Source of the DNA: an uncultured virus (IMG/VR IMGVR_UViG_3300034102_001587)
Lineage: Duplodnaviria > Heunggongvirae > Uroviricota > Caudoviricetes
Virus record (IMG/VR): IMGVR_UViG_3300034102_001587
Coordinates: 1-64,000 of that record
Length of the DNA stretch: 64,000 nt
Reading direction: 5' to 3' (one strand)
Positions 28,986 to 38,300 of this stretch are shown piece by piece. Positions within the stretch are counted from its first letter, which is position 1; each line of letters begins with the position of its first letter. The notes beneath the pieces were generated by a model that was given only the letters and a program-made list of their open reading frames with translations, did no database searches and was not told where the DNA came from. The position numbers and the translations under genes are program-made.

Positions 28986-31900
28986 GTAAATTAAAAAGGA
29001 TTTATCATATTGCGGATATTCATATTCGTAATGTAAAGAGGCATAAAGAGTTCAGACAAGTATTTGAAAAAATGTTTGAGGAAATCCGTCAAAGAGGAAC
29101 GGAAAACTCACTAATTTATTTAGCAGGTGATATTGCACATGCTAAATTGGAAATGTCACCTGAATTGGTGAAAGAGATTAGTTGGCTATTTACCGAATGT
29201 ACAAAACATTGTCCAACAATTCTTATTGCTGGTAATCACGATTGTAATATGAATAACTCTGACCGTTTGGATGTATTAACTCCAATCGTAGAGGCTTTGA
29301 ATTTAGAAAACTTTTGGTATTTAAAAGATACACAAATTTGGAAATATAGACAATGTGAATTCGCAGTGTTTAGTATTTTTGATAATAAAGATAATTGGCC
29401 ACAATCATACAGTTTAACGGCTGAAACAAAAATTGCACTATTCCACGGACCTGTGGACCATTCTGAAACTGATATAGGTTATGTAGTATCATCTCGACAT
29501 TTCACAACTGATATGTTTGATGGTTACGATTTAGCCCTTTTAGGTGACATCCACAAAAGACAAGAACTCAAATCGCCAAGAGGTTGTAGGTGTGTTTACG
29601 CAGGTTCGTTGGTGCAGCAAAACTTTGGAGAAACTTTGGACAAGCATGGTTTCTTAGTTTGGGATTTAGATACATTAACATATGAAGAAGTTGATATACA
29701 AAACGATTATGGTTATTACACCATGGATATTATCGCAGGAGTTGTTCCTGACGTTACTGATTTACCTACTCATCCTAGGCTTAGGGTAAGATTTTCTGAT
29801 ACTGATGCGGTAGATACTAAAAAAGCAATCACCGAAATTAAGGTGAAGTATGGTGTAGAAGATTTTACAACAATTAGGACTGATTCGTTGGCAAAGAAAA
29901 AGACTGGTGATAGGGATAATCAATTGGAGTTGGAAGATATTACGGATGTGACTTATCAAAACTCCTTAATTACGGATTATATACAAAGAATGATGCCATT
30001 CGCAACTGCGGATGATATAGCAGGAATACAATCGCTAAATAAGGACATCAATAATAGAATAGAGATGGATGAACTTACTAGAAACGTACAATGGAAGCCG
30101 GTAAGATTTGAATTCTCTAATATGTTCAGTTATGGTGAGGATAATGTAATCAATTTTGATAAAGTAAATGGACTGATGGGATTATTCGCACCCAATGCAA
30201 GCGGAAAATCATCTCTATTTGATGCAATCTCATTTTGCTTGTTTGACAAATGTAGCAGAGCATTTAAGGCAGCTAATATTATGAACAATAGGAAATCAGA
30301 CTTCCATTGCCAACTACATTTTCAGGTTGAAGGTATAGATTATCACATAAGGAGAGAAGCCCGAACAATTAATAAAGGAAGAAATGTTAAAGTAGATGTT
30401 CAATTCTGGAGAACCAATGGTGGGGAAAAGGAATCCCTTAATGGGACAGAGAGAAGGGATACTAACTCCGTTATAGAACAATACGTTGGAAGATATGAGG
30501 ATTTCGTAATGACTGCTCTATCACTACAAGGTAACAATGCACTATTCATTGATAAATCACAATCGGAAAGGAAAGACCTTCTTGCGCAGTTTATGGGCTT
30601 GGATATATTTGATAAGCTGTACGCAACTGCTAGTGAAGACATTAAGGAAGTGGCGGCACTAATCAGAAATTTCAAAAGGACAGATTTTACGACTGAATTA
30701 GCCCAAAAGGAAACCGACTTAACCGAAACTCAAAAAGAATTAGACAGTTTACAATCTGAATATAAACAATTAGAAAAACTTAAAGAAGAAAACCAAAACG
30801 CAATTTCTGATTTAAAGGAATCCCTAACACCAATTGATTCTAAGTTAGACCTTATACAATTGGAAAAATCTAAAAAGAAGATTGATAGTGATATTGAGAA
30901 TAATGAATCACTTATAGAAACTAAAAAGAATAATATTGAAAGTTATTTTGAAGTTCTTACCGAAGCATCGCAATCAATATCACAATACGATACAGTAAAT
31001 GGTTTACCTATTAATGAAGCTAAGAAAGAATGGGATTTGGCAAAAGGTAAATTAGCAGATGTTCAACAACAAATAGATAAGTTGGAAGGACAATACGAAT
31101 CTAATTTGGAAAAACTTAAACATTTGGAACAACATGAGTATGACCCAAATTGTAAGTTTTGCATGAATAATGTATTCGTTAAAGATGCTATCGCAACAAA
31201 AGAAATTGTTAAAACACAAGAAAGACAATTGGAAACTTTGAATATAGCACATCATGCTTTAATCAAAGCAACTGAACCATTTTCTGAAGTAGAATATGTT
31301 TGGGAAAAATTAGTTGAACTACGAAACAAATATCAAAAGGGCGAAATCCTTAAACAAAAAGGAGAAGCCGAATTGAGTGGATTGAAAACCGCTCATCAAC
31401 TTTTAGAAAATCAATTAGATGGAGTTAAAACTGATATAGAACGATACCATGCAAACGAAGCAACAATTCGTAAGAACAATGAATTGAATGAAGAAATTAA
31501 AGGATTGGAAATTCGTAAGAAAAACATAGATAAGGAACTTTCAGATATTAATAGACAGATTCTTCAAAAAACTGGCGCAATTGGTTCTATACAATCATTT
31601 ATAGACTCCACTAAAGCTAAGATGGATGAAGTAAAACAATTGGAAAATAAGAATACTCTTTACACTTACTATTTAGATGCTGTTAAGAAAGATGGTGTAC
31701 CATATGAACTTATTTCCAAAGCAATGCCTGTAATTGAATCCGAAGTGAATAACATATTAGCACAGGTTGTTGATTTCTCACTTTCAATGGATACTGATGG
31801 TAAGAACATTAACGCTAAAATCGTTTACGAAGACCAGGAGTGGGCTCTGGAGATGTGTAGTGGTATGGAGAAGTTCATATCGGGATTAGCGATTAGAGTG

Positions 31901-32128
31901 GCTCTAATTAACATATGCGGCCTTCCTAGACCTAACTTCTTAGTTATTGATGAAGGGTTTGGAACTTTGGATGCGGATAACCTATCTTCACTCTTTATGA
32001 TGATGCAATATCTGAAAACCCAATTCGATTTTATTTGGATGATTTCTCACTTAGAACAAATGAGAGATATTGTTGATGGACTAATTGAAATTAAGAAAGA
32101 TAATGGGTTCTCTAAGATTAACTTTTAG
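28982..32128 (+). CDS. Fused Mre11/SbcD nuclease and Rad50/SbcC ATPase (gp47+gp46-like)
   Basis: DIH, GD, GNHD, FHG, GDIH phosphoesterase motifs; Walker A NASGKSS; Zn-hook CKFC in the coiled coil; signature CSGME; Walker B IDEGFGTLD; ISH. Confidence 0.93.
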   Translation: MSKLKRIYHIADIHIRNVKRHKEFRQVFEKMFEEIRQRGTENSLIYLAGDIAHAKLEMSPELVKEISWLFTECTKHCPTILIAGNHDCNMNNSDRLDVLTPIVEALNLENFWYLKDTQIWKYRQCEFAVFSIFDNKDNWPQSYSLTAETKIALFHGPVDHSETDIGYVVSSRHFTTDMFDGYDLALLGDIHKRQELKSPRGCRCVYAGSLVQQNFGETLDKHGFLVWDLDTLTYEEVDIQNDYGYYTMDIIAGVVPDVTDLPTHPRLRVRFSDTDAVDTKKAITEIKVKYGVEDFTTIRTDSLAKKKTGDRDNQLELEDITDVTYQNSLITDYIQRMMPFATADDIAGIQSLNKDINNRIEMDELTRNVQWKPVRFEFSNMFSYGEDNVINFDKVNGLMGLFAPNASGKSSLFDAISFCLFDKCSRAFKAANIMNNRKSDFHCQLHFQVEGIDYHIRREARTINKGRNVKVDVQFWRTNGGEKESLNGTERRDTNSVIEQYVGRYEDFVMTALSLQGNNALFIDKSQSERKDLLAQFMGLDIFDKLYATASEDIKEVAALIRNFKRTDFTTELAQKETDLTETQKELDSLQSEYKQLEKLKEENQNAISDLKESLTPIDSKLDLIQLEKSKKKIDSDIENNESLIETKKNNIESYFEVLTEASQSISQYDTVNGLPINEAKKEWDLAKGKLADVQQQIDKLEGQYESNLEKLKHLEQHEYDPNCKFCMNNVFVKDAIATKEIVKTQERQLETLNIAHHALIKATEPFSEVEYVWEKLVELRNKYQKGEILKQKGEAELSGLKTAHQLLENQLDGVKTDIERYHANEATIRKNNELNEEIKGLEIRKKNIDKELSDINRQILQKTGAIGSIQSFIDSTKAKMDEVKQLENKNTLYTYYLDAVKKDGVPYELISKAMPVIESEVNNILAQVVDFSLSMDTDGKNINAKIVYEDQEWALEMCSGMEKFISGLAIRVALINICGLPRPNFLVIDEGFGTLDADNLSSLFMMMQYLKTQFDFIWMISHLEQMRDIVDGLIEIKKDNGFSKINF

Positions 32129-32294
32129 AATTAACAGGTAATATATTTTTAGGTGGGGTCTTTTTAACAGATTCCACCTTTTCTTTTATAAGAGATTCCA
32201 CCAATCCATTAATTTTGTAACCTTTCTCTTTACAAAAATCCTTCAGTACTTGATGAATTTCGGCATCAATTTGAATCATTGCGTATTTTTTCAT
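32118..32294 (-). CDS. Ribbon-helix-helix (Arc/MetJ/CopG-like) DNA-binding protein, 58 aa; not in the ORF track
   Basis: Manual translation: MKKYAMIQIDAEIHQVLKDFCKEKGYKINGLVESLIKEKVESVKKTPPKNILPVNSKS*, a strand-helix-G-helix pattern. Confidence 0.75.
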   Translation of the reverse strand: MKKYAMIQIDAEIHQVLKDFCKEKGYKINGLVESLIKEKVESVKKTPPKNILPVNSKS

Positions 32295-32355
32295 AAACTT
32301 CTTTAGTTTTCTTTAGAATTCTATATATATAATTATAGGAATAAAAAATAATCGA

Positions 32356-32364
32356 ATATTTATT
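32356..32364 (+). promoter_or_regulatory. Putative late promoter variant ATATTTATT; a divergent ATAATTATA lies on the minus strand at 32328-32336
   Basis: 21 nt before the ATG at 32386. Confidence 0.55.
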
Positions 32365-32385
32365 TTTGTAATTAACAAACTCTAA

Positions 32386-35300
32386 ATGGCGAGAATAAAA
32401 AAATACGCAGAAGTTTTAACTCAACCATTAACATCTTTTCAAACTTTTTTAGTTGATACGAATCCAAATTCAACTTATTTTAGAATAACTGAGTTTAAGG
32501 ATACGTTTACTGGTGGTAAAAATGGATTCCTAATAGAAGGGTCTCAACACCTTAAAGAATCAACTGAAATAAAGATTCAAATATTAGATGTAAATGGTGA
32601 CCCGATTTATTATGAGCCTGGCAATGGTGTGCCCGAATATTATGAAGGTGTATCAAAACTTGTAGCCGTTTATGTTTACGAAGATACTCCTATTGGTGAA
32701 GCAAAAATAACTGTTTTAGGGGAGTTAAAAACTTATTTAGATGAGGGTGGTGTAGTAAGGGATGTTCCTGATGAGTGGAAAAGTGTATATAATGTAAAAT
32801 GGGAAAAAACTTTTAAAGTTAATAAATTAATTTCTAATGAAGATAAGGTAAGATTTTATAGAAGACCGGAAGTAACAATAAATGAAATAGTTAAACCAAT
32901 ATTTTCAAACATCGTTAGGCAGGTCACCCAAACGGGTTTTATAAATGGTATTCCACAAATCCCAGCGGAAGGTGAAAGTGTGTCTGGTTATACATTACCA
33001 ACATCATATCTTTTAACAACCCTAAATGATTCATTTTGGACAGGTTCTGTTACAAACAATTATATCACACTCACAAATAAGGGTGTAAGTTTATTAGCGG
33101 ATGATGTTGTTAGTGATAGAGATTTAACAGTATCAACTCCATATAATGAAAATGGTATTGTAAAAACATTAATAGCAGAACCTTATTCTGTAACATTTAA
33201 TTACATTGAAGGTAATGATAATTTAAAAACAGCATTAACTGGTTCATTCGCTAAAATTAATATAACCGATTTAACAACATTTGTAGGAGATTGTGCAAGA
33301 GTAAAAATATATAGAAGGTCACAATCAGATTTATCGGATTATCAATTTGTACAAGAAATACAATTAGAATCAAATGAATTACTTAAAGATTTAGAATCAA
33401 ATTCAAAAAATGAAGAATATTACGGTAGTTTTGACCAATTTAATTATAAAAATTATTGGATAACTTCTTCAAATAATTTAGTAACATCATTTAATCAAAA
33501 TTTCTTATATAACTCTGTTAAGTTAAACAGTTTAATTTCTGGAGAAAGGTTTGCAACAACAAAATCTTTAGATGTAAGAGAAAATACTGAATATACTCTT
33601 ACTTTTAATACTAGAAAAGATGCGGTAGGAAGTGCTAACCATTATATAAAAGCATATTTGAGCGGTTCTAGACTAAGTACATACAATAACGTAACTAGTA
33701 CAATTCAAATTGAGCAGCCAATCGTAACGATAACTTCTGATAGTAGTGTGTTACAAAAATCAAATGTAGTAGCTAACTTTAAAGCAGAAGATATTAATAA
33801 TACTAGATTATATTTTGAAACTGAGGGTAGTGATTGGTATATATCCGATGTTAGTTTAAGAGCATCTCAAGAAACATCTTTTAGTCCTGATGAAATAACA
33901 TTCATACAACCAATACCAAGGACTTTACCTAGAGAAACATTTGATTTTAGGTTTCAATTTTACGATATAAATAACAATTATATCCCTGTTTTGGTAGAAG
34001 AAACAAAAACATTTGATGGCGGTAATTTAAATGTAATTAATAAAGATTTACAATTAGTACCATCATCGCTTTATTTTCAATTTGATTCTGGTTCTGGTAA
34101 TGGCAACCCGTTACCACCAACAACAGTTTATATTGATGTAATTAAAAACTATCTAACGGGTTCGGTAAATTTTACATCACGTTCTTTTGATTTTGCAAAT
34201 AACGAATTGTTCAATACCGATTATGTTGGAGTTGGTTCACAATATCCAGGTTTATTATTGGATAGGAATTTGGATACAGTAAGATTAACCGTAGAAAACT
34301 TTACAGGTTCCAGAGCAGATAAATTAGTTCAATATATAGAATTTACTGGTGAATGTGAAGGTGTAACTGATTCAATTATTATTACAAGAGTTTTAGATGG
34401 TAAGGGTGGAGTTAATCATTTCATTAGACCTTATAGAGGAACTCAAATTAGAAATAGTAGTACTGCATCTTTAGAAATTCAAGCGGTAAGAATTGATGGT
34501 ATTAATGAAATTAATCTTTATAGTGGTGCTCAAGATGGTTGGGGAAATATACAACTACACGTTTTATCAGCATCTCTTAATCCAGCAACTGAACCTGAAA
34601 AATTTATTCCTTTATCATTGGCATCATCAAGCAAATATATCAGAGGAATAATAACTGGTTCGTTGGGTTCTAAAGAAATTAACTATAATGCAGTATTTGA
34701 TAGAGATTCAATAGATTTTAGGAGAATTATTTATTTAATGCCATCATCATCTGCAGCAGCTTCACCGGCATATGCAGTATCTGGTTCGGTTTTAGCATCT
34801 ATTATTTTAGAAGATTTGCAAGATGGTTTGGATACACCAAGTATAGTATTTAATGCTGATACATTTGCTATAAATCCAAGAAATGAAATAAATTTTAGAC
34901 CATCATTTGCATTTGCTACGGCTTCATTTTTTGAAAGAGGAACAACCAACGCAATAACAGCATCGTTTAGGGTATTCCCTTCGATGTCAATTAATAAAGA
35001 TTATGTTCCTGAATATTGGTTTTATTATACAACACAAAGTGCAGATAAAACTATTTCCGTAATAGCAAGAGATGAAAATAAAAATGTAATTGATTCATTA
35101 CCACTAAATTCATATATAGGGCAATCTAATAAGCAAAGTAAAAATTTAACAATTACATTTACATATACTGAACCTTGGACTTCTGCATCTATAAGTTTAG
35201 ATAAAACATTCACTATTATACCAGAAGGTAAGCCGGGAGATGAAACAATTATTTTTGAAGTAACTCCTGCATTGGTATCTCTTAATGCAACAGCAGAAGG

Positions 35301-38300
35301 TTTTGTAAATAGTTATTCATCATCAGTAACACAAATAAGATTAAAACAAGGCTCTAGGTATCTTAATTTTACAGCAAGTAAAGGTGAAGGAACTTTCTTT
35401 ATTGTTTCAGGCAGTATAACTGGTTCTAATATTATACCTGGTAAAATTATAAACCCAATACCACCGGGCTTTAATGCAAATTACACAGGTTCTTTGTTTA
35501 TAGGCGCAGCTAGTGGTATGAACAATTTAAGTGGTAGTGTTACATATAATCTTGAAATACAACCATTTTATACATCATCAATTTATACGGGAAGTGTAGT
35601 TCAACAATTTACAAAAATATTAGATGGTACACCACAATTAGAAGTATCATTAACACCCGAATCCGTTGTTTTAAATGCTGATGAAAACGGAGTTGTATCA
35701 AATTATGCATCATCTAATACTACATTACGAATTAAAGAAGGAAATAAATATTTACTTTATAATTCTTGGTCTTATCAACCTGGTACATTCTATGTTGATA
35801 ATTTTGAACAAACTAATGTATTTACGGCATCATTAACAGCATCATTTAATGGTGATAGGGCATTAATAAGATTTCACAATTTTAATCAAGGACCAAGAAC
35901 AGGTAGTGTAACATATAATATAATTGCATATCCATATTCACTAGGACCTGGTCATCAATATACTTCATCGGTAATAAATAAAGTTCAAAACTTTACTAAA
36001 CTATTAGATGGCGCGGATTCAAGAGGAGTAACATTATCAGCAACTTCAAATTTTGTAAGTTTTGATAGTGATGGTGTTGTAGTATCACCAGCGGGAGATA
36101 TAGAATTAACGGCAACAGTTACCAACTTTACCGGTTCAGCTTATTATCAATTTTTAAAAGATAATGTAGCATATACACCAATACAAGCATCAAACATAGC
36201 AACAATAGCTTCTGGTGACTCTGTTGCACCAGGCGAAACCGCACTATGGGTAGTACAAGTTAGAGATGGTAACATAAGTTCAACACAACCAATTACAGCA
36301 CAAGCATCATTAACACTTACAGGTTTACAACAAGGTGTTCCATCATATAACGCAACTTTAACTAATGATAACGTTTCTATTATTTATAGAGTTTCTGGTG
36401 AAGTTGAATTGGGTGGAACTGGAACAACTATAAATGCAACAAAAGGAATAACACAATTAACTCATGCTAACCCATTTGGTCCACAAACTTTAGATATATT
36501 TTCAAATGAAATTGGTTCGTTGGGAGAATATCAAGTAACTATACATTCAAAATCAGCTTATTTAGGATTAGCTGGTGGGTTGGTATCTCAAAGTGTTTTA
36601 CCAATTGTTGCTGGTAGAGCTGTAATTGGTGATTTGGTATCTTGGACAACCGCTGATTCAAATCCAATTGGGTCTGTTGTTTATAGAATTGATTTTGAAA
36701 ATGGAAAGGGAGTAGCATTTAAAACCCAATCATTCTCTGTTCAATTTGAAGGTGAAACTGGACCTGGTATTGTAATGAGAGGTCAATATAGTGAATATGA
36801 AGATTATATTGGTTCGTATGAAACAGTAAATTATCGTAGAGATGCAATTATTTGGCCTGACCCATCTGGTAGTAATAATACAACTCACTATTTTGCAGCA
36901 CTAAGTGGAAGTGGGCCTACAACTTATGTAAACCCAACAACATCTGATTATTATGTTGGAGCAACACCACCGGGTGGATATGTATTAATTGGACATCAAT
37001 ACCCACCTGCTGTTGGTAATAGTAACGATTATTGGCAGTATTTGGGTGAGCAAGATTTCTTTGTAGCAGCTAAAATTGCTATATTTGAAGAATCTTATGT
37101 TAAGAATTCAATTAACGTAGGTACTTATAACAATACTTCTAAATTTGCTAATATAGTAATAGCAGGTGGTAGACCTGACCCATATATTTCAATTGGTCAG
37201 CATGGTACTGTAGGTACTGCGGGCACATCTGGTACAACATATAACCCATCAACTTCCGGCGCATCTGGTACATCTGGAACTGGTATTATTGGATTTAATA
37301 GACCTGGTATATTTTTAGGAATGTACGAAGATGGTGTCAATGGTACAACAGGAAGATTTTCAATTAAAGAATATGGTGGTAGTGGTAAGGGATTATTTTG
37401 GGATGGTGGTACTTTGACTATTGTTGGTTCAATAAAACAATCATCCCCTGGCGTAAACGAAGGACGTTTAATGGGAGCTTGGGCTGATGCAACTGTTTAC
37501 TACACAAACGATATTGTTACATATGGTGGAAATACATGGACAGCAAACTCTAACCACACATCTACAAATAATACAAATGTAGGAACAGGTTATCCTGGTT
37601 CCGGTCCTTGGACTATTGCACCAATAGCAGCTAAGTTACTTAGATTAGAAGCATCTGCTCAAGTATTTGTTGAAACAAAGAGTGGTTCGCTTTCTCCAAA
37701 TTATATTGAATTAACTTCAAACAAACAAAATATTTCCGCAACAACGAATTGGACTACAACACCATCCGTAACATTATTTGATTCTGCAACGGGTGGAAGT
37801 ACAACAACAAGCGGAAATATTGTTTATTTAAGAACGGGTTCTTTTGGTACAAATACTTTGGTTGAAATTAGTGCAACAGCGGATTCAATAACTGATACTG
37901 TTTCAATAGCAAGGGTTAAAGAAGGAAGTGATGCATTAACCGTAATAGTAACAAATGAATCTCATACTTTACCAGCAGCAAATGATGGAACTGTTTCATC
38001 TTATGCTGGAAGTGGTACTGATATATACATTTATGAAGGTGCAACTCAATTGGATTATGATGGGGTTGGTACTTCACCGGGTAAATGGGCAGTATCCTCA
38101 TCTGTTACCAATATTACAGCCGGATCTGTAACCGATGGTGGTAACTATGCAGTAGTTGGTAATCATTCCAATATGACAGCTGATTTGGCAAGTATTAATT
38201 ATACATTATCCGGTAAGAAAATAAATGGAGATTTGTTTTCTTTAAGTAGAGTTCAATCTTTTTCAAAATCCAAACAAGGAGCAGCGGGAGCAGCTGGTGA

